DNA of 64,000 bases from an uncultured cyanobacterium (GCA_963706595.1 OY970166.1:1568001-1632000); one strand, 5' to 3'; counted from the first letter of the stretch, positions 49,607 to 59,553 are shown. Made by a program: numbers and translations. The notes: generated by a model from the sequence alone, not told the origin.

Positions 49607-51118
49607 TTACCCCAAGAACAGCTTGTATGCAGGGTTTTGGCTTTCATCCCAATAGCGGTAGCCAAGGGTATCCAGAAATGCTTGCCACTCCTCCATCTCT
49701 TGGGGGGGTACTTGCATTCCTACGGCAATGCGCCCATAATCTGCCCCGTTGTTGCGGTAGTGGAACATACTGATATTCCAATTAGGACTCATGGAACCAA
49801 CAAATTTCATTAATGCGCCCGGACGTTCAGGAAACTCAAAACGATAAAGTAATTCGTTATGCGCTAGGGGAGAATGCCCACCAACCGTATGCCGCAGGTG
49901 TAACTTTGTCAGTTCATCATCTGTTAAGTCAATGGTTTTGAAACCGCTATTTTCAAAGGATTCCACCATTTTTTCAGCGTCGGCACGGTTTTGGATTTGC
50001 ACCCCTAAGAAAATATGAGCTTCTGTTTGATCAGCAATGCGATAATTAAACTCGGTGAGATTGCGTTTACCAATACATTCACAAAACTTTCGCAGACTAC
50101 CCTGTTCTTCAGGAATTGCTACTGCCAAGATAGCTTCGCGACGTTCCCCAAATTCGGCTCGTTCGGCGACAAACCGCAGACGGTCAAAGTTCATGTTAGC
50201 ACCGCAGGCAACGGCAATTAATGTTTGTCCTTGGATTTGTTCCCGTTCAGCGTAGGCTTTGGCAGCTGCGATCGCTAAAGCACCAGCTGGTTCTAAAATT
50301 GATCGTGTATCCTCAAATACATCTTTAATCGCCGCGCAGGTATCATCTGTATCCACCAGAATAATTTCATCTACATAGTTCTGGCACAAACGAAAAGTTT
50401 CCTCTCCCACTTCCCGCACCGCCACCCCGTCAGCAAATAAACCCACCTGAGACAACCGCACCCGATGTCCAGCTTTCAGCGATTGCGACATTGCATCAGC
50501 ATCCACAGGTTCCACACCAATAATCTTAATTTCTGGACGCAAGCGTTTTACATAAGCCGCAATTCCAGAAATCAATCCCCCACCACCAATAGCCACAAAA
50601 ATCGCATGAATAGGTTGCTGATATTGGCGCAAAATTTCCATCCCAATTGTCCCCTGTCCCGCTATCACATCAGGATCATCAAAAGGATGAATAAAAGTTA
50701 ATCCTTTTTCTGCCTCCACTTCACGGGCGTAAGCATAAGCATCATCATAGGTATTTCCATGTAATAGCACCTCTCCCCCCCTGGCTTTGACTGCATCTAT
50801 TTTCACCTGGGGAGTAGTCACCGGCATGACAATAATCGCTCGTGTTCCTAGCCGACTAGCAGCCAGGGCGACACCTTGGGCATGATTTCCCGCAGATGCA
50901 GCAATGACACCCTGCGCCAGCAATTCCGGTGAAAGGTTGACCATTTTGTTGTAAGCACCCCGCAGCTTAAAAGAAAAAACTGACTGCATATCCTCCCGCT
51001 TCAGCAAGAGTTGATTATTCAGTCGTTTCGAGAGGTTGGGCGCATACTCCAGTGGTGTTTCCTGGGCAACATCGTACACACGGGCAGTCAGAATTTGTAC
51101 CAGGTAGTCGCAATACAT
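49607..51118 (-). CDS. ilvA: Threonine ammonia-lyase, biosynthetic
   Basis: KREDMQSVFSFKLRGAYN, SAGNHAQG, two C-terminal regulatory domains (FPERPGAL). Confidence 0.97.
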   Translation of the reverse strand: MYCDYLVQILTARVYDVAQETPLEYAPNLSKRLNNQLLLKREDMQSVFSFKLRGAYNKMVNLSPELLAQGVIAASAGNHAQGVALAASRLGTRAIIVMPVTTPQVKIDAVKARGGEVLLHGNTYDDAYAYAREVEAEKGLTFIHPFDDPDVIAGQGTIGMEILRQYQQPIHAIFVAIGGGGLISGIAAYVKRLRPEIKIIGVEPVDADAMSQSLKAGHRVRLSQVGLFADGVAVREVGEETFRLCQNYVDEIILVDTDDTCAAIKDVFEDTRSILEPAGALAIAAAKAYAEREQIQGQTLIAVACGANMNFDRLRFVAERAEFGERREAILAVAIPEEQGSLRKFCECIGKRNLTEFNYRIADQTEAHIFLGVQIQNRADAEKMVESFENSGFKTIDLTDDELTKLHLRHTVGGHSPLAHNELLYRFEFPERPGALMKFVGSMSPNWNISMFHYRNNGADYGRIAVGMQVPPQEMEEWQAFLDTLGYRYWDESQNPAYKLFLG

Positions 51119-51319
51119 CGGGTTAACAGGTAGGCCAATTTGAGATGGATTGTTAATTTTACCGTTATTCGGTGTACCTGTTTTGCAGACATTGTTTAAC
51201 TTGTGAGGAAAGATGCTGATATTTTCGACTTATGAGGAGACTTGATTTTTAGGAGACGGAGCTTAGGAGGACTAATTGATTTGAGTTATATTTTGAGTAT
51301 AAAAAATGTCCAACTTTCT

Positions 51320-52897
51320 ATGCCTAGTAATCCCTCGCCTCAATTATCCTCAGAGCCAGAAAACTCTTTTCAAGAGAAACTGATCCGATCAATTTGGCTG
51401 CACAAAGACAAATACTGTTATTTGTTTGAACCCGATGGCTCTTATCGATTGTTAAGCACTGATCGCCGAGGTAGGTACACCATCTGTGCCAATGGTCGAT
51501 CTGTTTTGCTAACTTGGACAACTGATCCCTTCACTGAGGAATTGCTGGTGCTGGAGGATGGAAGTTTGTTGATGAGTGGGAGGGCGTTTGTGGAAATTGG
51601 TATGCGATCGCCTGCTCCTTCCCAGACTGCTAATCCTCTACCCCAGCCTGATGCTGAGATTCCTGCTCCCACTCCATCACAGAGTTACGACTTTGAGATA
51701 GACACAGGCAAAATGCCTAATTATGGCACCATTATCCTACAGGGTTCCCAAGTGAGACTGATTCATAAAGGTTACGGTGGGAATGTTTTGTCTGACGAAG
51801 TGCGTGAGTTTGATTCTCAAGAGGAAGCAGAAGACTACTACCACTCCACCATTCTCAGCAATGATCCTTACTATTCGCCTCCTTCTCACATCGAACCTGT
51901 CTACATGGAATTCTCCGACGACCATTCCCACAAGTTCTATGAAGTCACTGTTAAAGGATTAGCTGTCATCATCCACTATGGGCGCATTGGCACTACCGGA
52001 CAAACCTCCAGCACCACCTACAGCAGTCCTAAAAAAGCCGCCGCCGCCGCCGAGAAGAAAATCAATGAAAAGTTGAAAAAAGGCTACGTCATCACGACGA
52101 TGACCCCACCTCCCCGACCTGAACCAGATTTGGATATTGCCCAATTTATTCGTCCCGCCTGGAAACCGGTGGTTACTGAAGGAGATGGCGATCGCCTAGC
52201 TTCCAAGTTTTGTGGTCGTCCTTGGCTGGCGGAAGACGAAACCTGGCCTACTTGCCCCAAGTGCGCCCAGCCAATGCAACTCTTTTTTCAACTGAATCTG
52301 GCTGAGTTGCCAGAACCTGTGCGTGAGGAGTTTGGTACAGGTCTACTACAAATGTTTTACTGCATTCCTGGTGACTGCCAGCTAGAGGGGGAATATGGAA
52401 CTATCTATTACGGTAGAGAACCTTACCTGATTAAAAATGTCAGGATTCGTCTGGTGCAGCCATTAGGCAACGGTTCAACCCCTCCCTTACCCAAAATCAG
52501 TGGCGAAGACTATGGAATAGATTTTCCAGCCAAGACCATCACCGACTGGGTAGAAATTGAAGACTATCCCCACCCTGATGATCTCGTAGCACTGGTATAC
52601 GGCTGGGATCAGGTCACAAACTATGACCTGGGGAATGAATTGGCTGGGCGGTTAGGCTTGGAGCAATACGATGAGGTATACCCCACCGATGAAGGCGATA
52701 AGCTGGGGGGCTACCCGCGCTGGGTTCAGGATATGGAGTGTCCAGGCTGTCCCATTTGTCAAGCTCCCATGCGGCAAGTATTTCAACTGGCTTCTTGTGA
52801 CAACCTTCCCTATACCTTTGGCGATATGGGTATTGCCCACGTTCTGCAATGCAAAACCCACAAAGATCAGTTTGCGTTTGTTTGGGCTGGCTGCTAA
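51320..52897 (+). CDS. WGR domain + DUF1963 (YwqG-like) protein
   Basis: KFYEV...YGRIGTTGQ...EKLKKGY (WGR); SKFCGRP..WPTCPKC..PM..FFQLN, KLGGYP.WVQ, FGDMG (DUF1963). Confidence 0.8.
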   Translation: MPSNPSPQLSSEPENSFQEKLIRSIWLHKDKYCYLFEPDGSYRLLSTDRRGRYTICANGRSVLLTWTTDPFTEELLVLEDGSLLMSGRAFVEIGMRSPAPSQTANPLPQPDAEIPAPTPSQSYDFEIDTGKMPNYGTIILQGSQVRLIHKGYGGNVLSDEVREFDSQEEAEDYYHSTILSNDPYYSPPSHIEPVYMEFSDDHSHKFYEVTVKGLAVIIHYGRIGTTGQTSSTTYSSPKKAAAAAEKKINEKLKKGYVITTMTPPPRPEPDLDIAQFIRPAWKPVVTEGDGDRLASKFCGRPWLAEDETWPTCPKCAQPMQLFFQLNLAELPEPVREEFGTGLLQMFYCIPGDCQLEGEYGTIYYGREPYLIKNVRIRLVQPLGNGSTPPLPKISGEDYGIDFPAKTITDWVEIEDYPHPDDLVALVYGWDQVTNYDLGNELAGRLGLEQYDEVYPTDEGDKLGGYPRWVQDMECPGCPICQAPMRQVFQLASCDNLPYTFGDMGIAHVLQCKTHKDQFAFVWAGC

Positions 52898-53035
52898 GTA
52901 TAGCAGGGGGCAGGGAGCAGGGAGCAGGGGGAAAGAGGATTTTCCGGTTTTTGCACCGATGCGGGAATTATAAATAATTAGGCGAACATGATATCACTGG
53001 TTGGATCACAATCTATTTAAAAAACCACCGTAATC

Positions 53036-53362
53036 ATGATTGGATTCTTGTTGCTTGTCATAGTATTAATTAGTCCCACTCTGCTGATTCTCTGGAGTGC
53101 CTTGGCGCGGTTTGGGTTTACCTGGAATCTGCTATTGATTCCAGTAGGTAGTATAGTTGGGTTTGTGCTGATGGCGATCGCTGGGGCTTCTTTCTATGAG
53201 TTGATCATCTGGTTAAGCGATCGCCAAACTGGTCCACCTCCGGCTGGTTCACTGGGAGCGGGAACTGGTAGGGCGATCTTGACGTTTATTTTGATGATTT
53301 TATTTGGCTGGATTGGTTCAGGAATTGGCGCTTGGTTAGTCAGGAAGTATTGGATAGGTTAG
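53036..53362 (+). CDS. Hypothetical membrane protein
   Basis: 108 aa, three hydrophobic segments. Confidence 0.65.
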   Translation: MIGFLLLVIVLISPTLLILWSALARFGFTWNLLLIPVGSIVGFVLMAIAGASFYELIIWLSDRQTGPPPAGSLGAGTGRAILTFILMILFGWIGSGIGAWLVRKYWIG

Positions 53363-53419
53363 GAAATCGTGTTGTGAATAAAGTCTCAGAGTCGGTTCAA
53401 AAATCAAATAGTAGTCTTA

Positions 53420-53737
53420 CTATATTGGCTTTTTGATCCTATTTTCCTCTTTAGCAAACAGTTCTATTAAAGCCACTGTCCCCACAAAAAACGTATAAAT
53501 CGCATATTTGAATGGTGCTTTTTGTTTCCCCGACGCATAAACAGCAGCAATTACCGCTTCCATTAAATGTGCTGTTATGGCAAAACGTTCAATCCAAAAG
53601 ATAAAATTCAGACTACTGGGAGTAGTAATGTTATTGATGATTGCATAAATATTCCATAATTCCCAGGCGATCGCACCAGAAATAAAAATTGTGGAGATCA
53701 CTTTGATTATCGTCGCTAGTGTTTTCAGGATATTCAT
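53420..53737 (-). CDS. Hypothetical membrane protein
   Basis: 105 aa; AHLMEA...YTFFVG motif; hydrophobic. Confidence 0.65.
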   Translation of the reverse strand: MNILKTLATIIKVISTIFISGAIAWELWNIYAIINNITTPSSLNFIFWIERFAITAHLMEAVIAAVYASGKQKAPFKYAIYTFFVGTVALIELFAKEENRIKKPI

Positions 53738-53759
53738 GCAGTTTCAGAGTAACTTTACT

Positions 53760-53940
53760 TAAGAGGTTGTTTGAACAGTCTAATTTATTACTAGCCCTGG
53801 CGACTAGAAGTCGCGGAACCACCCAGACAAAACCCGCCTGCGCGGGTTAAAAACCTTAATTTTTCATTAGTCCACGGAGGTGGACTTGGCCTGTGTAGTA
53901 GCGAATTATATTCGCCCAAAACTTTTCAAACACCCTCTTA
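53760..53940 (-). mobile_element. MITE of about 180 bp, copy 2 (inverted relative to 39040-39218)
   Basis: taagaggttgtttgaa...ttcaaacaccctctta; near-identical internal sequence. Confidence 0.8.
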
Positions 53941-53941
53941 A

Positions 53942-55255
53942 TTAAAACATTATCCGGCAAATTGCCAAAGATGCCAGCATTCCGGCTGCATCAGCACACA
54001 GCGCCGCCGGGAGTGTGTAGCTTGTGCGAACAATACCAATACTGCCAAAATAAACCGCCATTACATAAAAGGTAGTTTCTGTTGAACCTTGCATGGTGGA
54101 AACGAGAAAAGACAGAAAACTGTCTGGGTCATTTTTGACAATTTCTGACATCAACCCATAAGAACCACTACCTGAAAGGGGGCGAATTAATGCCATTGGT
54201 AAGGCTTCTGGTGGCAGGGTTATCAGTGAAGTAATGGGAGAAACTATAGCTGTGAGGATATCAAGAGCGCCACTAGCACGAAACATTCCAATCGCCACAA
54301 AAATTGCAACTAAAAACGGAATAATCCGAATGGCAATTTCAAAGCCTTCTTTTGCTCCGTCGGTGAGAACTTCATAAACTTTCACGCCTCGAAAATAGCC
54401 GAATAACAGGAATAAACAAATTAAAATAGGCAGTAGCCAGTTGGAAAGGTTACTGAGAAAAACCATACTGAATATATACGGAAATCCACGGATTGACAGA
54501 CGGTAAAATACAGCCGCCAAAAATGCCACAATTAGACCGCCGAAAACGATATTACCAATCATTCCGGGAGGAATTAATTCAGATTCGGGAGTTTCATCGG
54601 CTGCGGTTTTGCTGTCTGTTTCGGTAGTTTCTAATTCAGATTCTAAAGGAGTCAGCTTAGAGGATGTCCGACGGGCTAAAAGTTTACTAGCAATAATAGC
54701 CACGGCTGTGGAAATGATAGTGGCAATAATTGAGGGTAAAACAATTGCTGCCGGATTGCTAGCCCCAGCACTGGCGCGGACAGTAATTACACCCAGGGGT
54801 AACAGCGTCACAGAGGAGGTATTAATGGCTAAAAACAAACACATCGCAGGTGTTGCGGTTCCCGGATTTGGGTTGAGTTTATTCAGTTCTGCCATTGCTT
54901 TTAAACCCATTGGTGTAGCGGCGTTTCCTAATCCCAGGGCGTTGGCTGCCATATTCATCACCATTGCGGACATAGCCGGGTGATTTACGGGAACTTCGGG
55001 GAAAAGTCGGCTCATGAGTGGACGAATTAAACGGGCGATGAATCGCATCATCCCTGCGGCTTCGGCAACTTTCATAATTCCTAACCACAGCGCCATCGCC
55101 CCAATTAGTCCAATGGCTAGGGTGACAGCACTTTCTGCGGCTTTGAAAGAGGCTTCTGTTAAAGCGGCCATGTTGCCGTTATAAGCTGCTACTACTGTCG
55201 CGGAAACAATCAGGAACAGCCAAATGGCATTGAGTGGCGATGATGATTTTTTCAT
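53942..55255 (-). CDS. SpmA-SpmB fusion (nucleoside recognition/gate domain) membrane protein
   Basis: ANALGLGNAATPMGLKAM (SpmA) and RPLSGSG, QGSTETTFYV (SpmB). Confidence 0.88.
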   Translation of the reverse strand: MKKSSSPLNAIWLFLIVSATVVAAYNGNMAALTEASFKAAESAVTLAIGLIGAMALWLGIMKVAEAAGMMRFIARLIRPLMSRLFPEVPVNHPAMSAMVMNMAANALGLGNAATPMGLKAMAELNKLNPNPGTATPAMCLFLAINTSSVTLLPLGVITVRASAGASNPAAIVLPSIIATIISTAVAIIASKLLARRTSSKLTPLESELETTETDSKTAADETPESELIPPGMIGNIVFGGLIVAFLAAVFYRLSIRGFPYIFSMVFLSNLSNWLLPILICLFLLFGYFRGVKVYEVLTDGAKEGFEIAIRIIPFLVAIFVAIGMFRASGALDILTAIVSPITSLITLPPEALPMALIRPLSGSGSYGLMSEIVKNDPDSFLSFLVSTMQGSTETTFYVMAVYFGSIGIVRTSYTLPAALCADAAGMLASLAICRIMF

Positions 55256-55412
55256 CTAAATGTTTAAATCTGAATAAATAATTTTCTGCATAGTAAGCTA
55301 TAGGACGACCAATTGTGAAGACCACGGTATTTCTGTTTTTGCTAATGGCTCCACAAATACCCTTGAGTGTTTGCTTATCTGACTTTTCACGGGATGTGGA
55401 AAAGAAAAAGCG

Positions 55413-55883
55413 GTTCGCGAATAAAGGTGGCGAACCAATCCCCCTCATTTTTTGTATTTAGAGGTTTCTTCAAGTAAATCTTTCAAACCCTGGTTGAGAG
55501 TTTCAATAGAACGGGCTAAAGCTTCGATTTTAGCTCTGGCTGTAATTTGCTCAAGAGCCTCTAAGTATGCTTGACTACCAGCCTTACCTAGATGTGGGGA
55601 TTTAGAAAGCTTGCCATCAGTTAAAGTAGGAAAAATCGGGTCAGTTGCTTGTAGTTTATAATACGGATAAAATCCTTTTCGTCCTTTGGCTAGATAACGA
55701 GCAATCCAACATCCTCCTGGAGCGATGGTAACACTGTCCATAATTGCTTGAATTTCTTGCTCCAGGCGCTCTTTGAGGGAAGCAACTTTCACTATACGCC
55801 CATACAATTCTTCTTTGTCTGTGGGTAGGTTTTGGTTTTTAATGATCAACAAAAGAAATGGTTCGCCACTCTTATTCGCGAAC
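55413..55883. mobile_element. Candidate element bounded by 25-bp inverted repeats
   Basis: 55413-55437 GTTCGCGAATAAAGGTGGCGAACCA matches the reverse complement of 55859-55883 at 23/25. Confidence 0.55.
55445..55852 (-). CDS. Hypothetical basic protein inside the inverted repeats
   Basis: 135-aa ORF: coiled coil, APGGCWIARY..KG..YYKL, HLGKAGS, coiled coil. Confidence 0.65.
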   Translation of the reverse strand: MLIIKNQNLPTDKEELYGRIVKVASLKERLEQEIQAIMDSVTIAPGGCWIARYLAKGRKGFYPYYKLQATDPIFPTLTDGKLSKSPHLGKAGSQAYLEALEQITARAKIEALARSIETLNQGLKDLLEETSKYKK

Positions 55884-56027
55884 AGAAGTTAGTAGCATCC
55901 ACTCCACAGGTTCACATCCGAATGGGGCGTTAATTTCTTGTGCATAAACTGCGTAAACGTTAAAACTGCCTGAATTCTTGAGTCGAGAGGGAGGTTGAAT
56001 TGATACTGGACAATATCTGACTTCGGG
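55884..56027 (-). pseudogene. IS4-family (IS50/Tn5-like) transposase fragment
   Basis: Hand translation PEVRYCPVSIQPPSRLKNSGSFNVYAVYAQEINAPFGCEPVEWMLLTS carries the IS4 E..P....EP.EW.LLT signature. Confidence 0.75.
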
Positions 56028-56286
56028 GAATTTATATTAGCCTCGATTTACAGCAGCCGCCAAGGAGATTAGGACATAGGAAAAGTCTAAAACCCAGTCA
56101 AAGCAAGTCTTTCACTTTTGATTTTTGACTTTTGACTTTTGCTATACCTACCAGATATTTTTTCAAGCTGCAAAAATAATTTTCATCCTGAATTTCTCAG
56201 CACAAATCTAGCTCATAAATTGATGAGTGTTTTGTATAACTCAGCTTTCACAAATAACAAAAAATTAATTTTTACTCTCGAAAGTA

Positions 56287-57834
56287 TTAAGACAACTTCG
56301 TTAGCAATTCTAAAATTCTTTTTGATGTTGGTGTTAACAAAGTACGGCGATAAGCATCGGCTGCTTTTTTAATCGCTTCTGCTTGAGTTGGGTAAGGATG
56401 AATTACTCCAGATAACCCATTTAACCCAATTTTATTCACAATTGCTGTAGTTATTTCACTAATTGTTTCTCCAGCATGACGGGAGACAATTGTTGCTCCT
56501 AAAATTTGGTCGGAACCTTTTTTGTGGATAATTTTCACAAATCCATCTTCTTCACCATCTGTAATCGCTCGGTCTACACTACTAAAAGGAATTTTGATTG
56601 TATTGATATCAAAACCTTTTTTTTGAGCCTCATGTTCGTACATTCCTACATGGGCAATTTCTGGGTCAGTAAATGTTACCCAAGGCATCACTATACTACT
56701 AAGTTTGGATTTCCCAAAGCCAAAGGGAGAAAACAGAGTATTCTTAATTACAATTCGCGCTGCTGCATCCGCCGCATGAGTAAATTTCCAGTTCATGCAG
56801 ATGTCGCCGGCTGCATAAATTTTGGGGTTTGTTGTCTGGAGGTAATCATTAACTTTTACTCCTTGACGTTGGTCGAATTCTACCCCAACTGCTTCTAAGT
56901 TTAAACCTTCAACATTCGGTGCGCGTCCTGCACCAACTAAAATTTCATCAACAACAATTGACCTTTGAGAACCATTGCTGAGAAAGTTAATCAGCTTTCC
57001 TTCTGGGGTTTTTTCTACACTTTGGATTTGGCTATTCAAAACCAAATGTATATTTTCCTGGATAAAACGATTTTGAATAATTTCTGCGGCTTCGCTATCT
57101 TCTTTATTTAAAATGTGAGAATCCTTATGAAACAAGATCACTTGAGAACCCAAACGTTGGAAAGCTTGAGCCAATTCACAACCGATAGGTCCACCACCAA
57201 TTACAGCTAGACGTGGAGGAAGTTCGGTGAGAGAAAATACTGTTTCATTAGTCAGAAATCCAGATGCTTCTAATCCCTGAATAGATGGTCGCACAGCCCT
57301 AGCACCAGTAGCAATCACAGCTTTTTTAAAGCGAAGTTTTTGATTACCAACTTCAATGATATTATCACCCTCAAACCGACCACTACCCAAGAAAATATCA
57401 ACTCCCAGTTTTTGAAACCGATGTGCAGAATCATGATGGCTAATACCCGACCTTAAACGGCGCATCCGTTCCATCACTGCTGGGAAATCAACGTCTATTT
57501 TTTCTGGAGGATTAATTCCCAAAGCCTTCGCTTCCCACATTTCGCCGACAACGCGAGATGAGCGAATAATACATTTTGAGGGAACACAACCGACATTTAA
57601 ACAATCCCCACCCATTAAATGCTTTTCAATTAAAGCAACTTTTAATCCCACATCTAAACCTGCTGCACCTGCGGCTACGACTAATCCCGCCGTACCAGCA
57701 CCAATCACAACTAAATCATAACAATCAACAGGTTGAGGATTAACCCAATCCGGTGGATGAACATAGGAAATTAATTTTTGGTTATACTCATCCATTGGTG
57801 GAAGAGTAACTTTTTGAGATGCAGAATTTGACAT
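56287..57834 (-). CDS. MerA-like FAD-dependent pyridine nucleotide-disulfide oxidoreductase
   Basis: GAGTAG, GGDCLNVGCVPSK, GGGPIG, FTDPE, HPYPT; lacks the C-terminal Cys-Cys of true MerA. Confidence 0.88.
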   Translation of the reverse strand: MSNSASQKVTLPPMDEYNQKLISYVHPPDWVNPQPVDCYDLVVIGAGTAGLVVAAGAAGLDVGLKVALIEKHLMGGDCLNVGCVPSKCIIRSSRVVGEMWEAKALGINPPEKIDVDFPAVMERMRRLRSGISHHDSAHRFQKLGVDIFLGSGRFEGDNIIEVGNQKLRFKKAVIATGARAVRPSIQGLEASGFLTNETVFSLTELPPRLAVIGGGPIGCELAQAFQRLGSQVILFHKDSHILNKEDSEAAEIIQNRFIQENIHLVLNSQIQSVEKTPEGKLINFLSNGSQRSIVVDEILVGAGRAPNVEGLNLEAVGVEFDQRQGVKVNDYLQTTNPKIYAAGDICMNWKFTHAADAAARIVIKNTLFSPFGFGKSKLSSIVMPWVTFTDPEIAHVGMYEHEAQKKGFDINTIKIPFSSVDRAITDGEEDGFVKIIHKKGSDQILGATIVSRHAGETISEITTAIVNKIGLNGLSGVIHPYPTQAEAIKKAADAYRRTLLTPTSKRILELLTKLS

Positions 57835-57964
57835 TTAAAACCTCATTGAATGATTAATAAGCTGTTTCACATTTAACTTGGATGACATGGGCGGGCAAGA
57901 TGCCCACCCCACAAGAATTTAATCTAATTAAAATATGCAAACTAGATGTTTTTCAGTTTAGAAT

Positions 57965-58004
57965 ATTACGAATTACGAATTACGAATTACGAATTACGAA
58001 TTAC
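57965..58004. repeat. STRR heptamer tandem repeat (ATTACGA)
   Basis: About 6 copies. Confidence 0.9.
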
Positions 58005-58007
58005 AAA

Positions 58008-58544
58008 CTAATCTGCTCCCCGCACAGGATAATTTTTTTTCAAAATAAAATCGATGGCAGAAAGCATATCTGATATCGGTGGGCGACCAAAGGGGGCGCT
58101 ATTGACAGCAGCATAGGAAAGTCTGCCATCAGGCTTAACTAAGAAAAAACCCGGTTCACAAAATAAGGGGGGTTCTTTTTCAAATGCGCCTTTGGAAATA
58201 TAAAGCCCCCAACTACGAAATAAGTCTATGCTGGCTTCATAGCCAATGGTGAGATTTTTAATTCCCCATTCTGAGATTGATTTTTGAGCATCTGCTTGAC
58301 TGTCTCCACTAATAGCGATCGCTTCTACCCCAAGTTTAGTAAAATTCTCTAGGAGACGTTCAAGTTCTGCAAGATAAGTTTGACAAATTGGGCAGAACCA
58401 ACCACGATAAAAAATAATTAATGTGAAGTTTTGGGGTTGCTGGTCAGAAAGTTGCCAAAGTTTACCATCCAGGGTTTTTACTTCCAATTCGGGAACTTGA
58501 GTACCAGTTAGCAATTTGGTTGTCTTTGTTGTATTTGTGATCAT
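58008..58544 (-). CDS. Peroxiredoxin-like AhpC/TSA family protein
   Basis: FYRGWFCPIC, AISGD, EPGFFLV, YPVRG. Confidence 0.85.
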   Translation of the reverse strand: MITNTTKTTKLLTGTQVPELEVKTLDGKLWQLSDQQPQNFTLIIFYRGWFCPICQTYLAELERLLENFTKLGVEAIAISGDSQADAQKSISEWGIKNLTIGYEASIDLFRSWGLYISKGAFEKEPPLFCEPGFFLVKPDGRLSYAAVNSAPFGRPPISDMLSAIDFILKKNYPVRGAD

Positions 58545-58584
58545 TATTTATTTCTCACTTCTCAAATTAGTAATCAGTGCAGCT

Positions 58585-59433
58585 TTAATTCAGATTAATT
58601 TGTTGATTTTCGTCATTGTCTGTAGATTCTAAAACTTCATCTTCTAAAGCCTTACGAGCAACTTTAGTAACATAAACTGTCACCGCAACTGTAGCAATAA
58701 AACCTATAATGCGAATTGCCCACTGTACACCGGGGTTATCGGGTTGAGCCTCAGTACCGATTGTGGCAATGTTACCAGCCAAGGAACCGATATAAACATA
58801 CATGATTGTGCCGGGAATCATGCCAACGGAACCAAGAAAGTAGTCTTTGAGTGAAACGCCTGTTACGCCATAAGCATAGTTCAATAAGTTGAAGGGGAAG
58901 ATAGGAGAAAGTCGCGTTAATAGGACAATTTTCAATCCTTCCCTACCCACAGCTTCATCAATTGCCCGAAATTTGTTATTTCCGGCAATTTTCTTAGCCA
59001 CCCAACCCCTGGCTAAATAACGCCCAACTAAGAAAGCGGCGGTTGCTCCGATGGTTGCACCAATGAAGACATAAAGCGAACCCATAACCACGCCAAAAAC
59101 AACACCCGCACCGAGTGTGAGGATTGACCCTGGTAAAAAGGCGACAGTGGCAACGATATAAAGTAGGATAAATGCCAATGCTCCTACAGCACCCAAACCA
59201 TCAATCCACTGCAAAGCATTTCGCAACCAGATTTGGGGATTAAATCCTGAAGCATTTTGAGCAGATTCTTGTCCCCAAGCTGGTTCGGCGGTAAATATCA
59301 CAGCAACGATAAATGCCATCAGCATCAGAAAAGTAAATTTAACCAGCCTTTGCCAATTCTTCGTGAAGATATCTGCAATAGTTGGCTTTTGACTTTGGGG
59401 AAAGAACAAATTAGTGATAGCAGGTTTTAACAT
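58585..59433 (-). CDS. TVP38/TMEM64 (DedA/SNARE-associated) membrane protein
   Basis: FLPGSILTLGAG, GRYLAR, RLSPIFPFNLLNY. Confidence 0.9.
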   Translation of the reverse strand: MLKPAITNLFFPQSQKPTIADIFTKNWQRLVKFTFLMLMAFIVAVIFTAEPAWGQESAQNASGFNPQIWLRNALQWIDGLGAVGALAFILLYIVATVAFLPGSILTLGAGVVFGVVMGSLYVFIGATIGATAAFLVGRYLARGWVAKKIAGNNKFRAIDEAVGREGLKIVLLTRLSPIFPFNLLNYAYGVTGVSLKDYFLGSVGMIPGTIMYVYIGSLAGNIATIGTEAQPDNPGVQWAIRIIGFIATVAVTVYVTKVARKALEDEVLESTDNDENQQINLN

Positions 59434-59528
59434 AAGTGATTACTCTCTATAAAATAGTTCTGTTTACAGCTTTCTTGGCTAAGTGTGCTAACTTGTCAAT
59501 TGTTTGTAACTTAGATTATCAAAAATTA

Positions 59529-59553
59529 TACGAAGCTAAAATCAAAATGGATT
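59529..59553 (-). promoter_or_regulatory. Putative ECF sigma promoter for the DedA-Prx-reductase operon
   Basis: Minus strand AATCC-N16-CGTA, about 95 nt upstream of ATG 59433. Confidence 0.6.

Noticed and set aside
55179..55448. 89-aa ORF coupled (ATGA overlap) to the IR-flanked gene
   Set aside because: Crosses the inverted repeat, overlaps the spmAB start out of frame and has no recognisable motif
56287..57834. merA mercury resistance gene
   Set aside because: Lacks the C-terminal Cys pair and other mer genes; called MerA-like only
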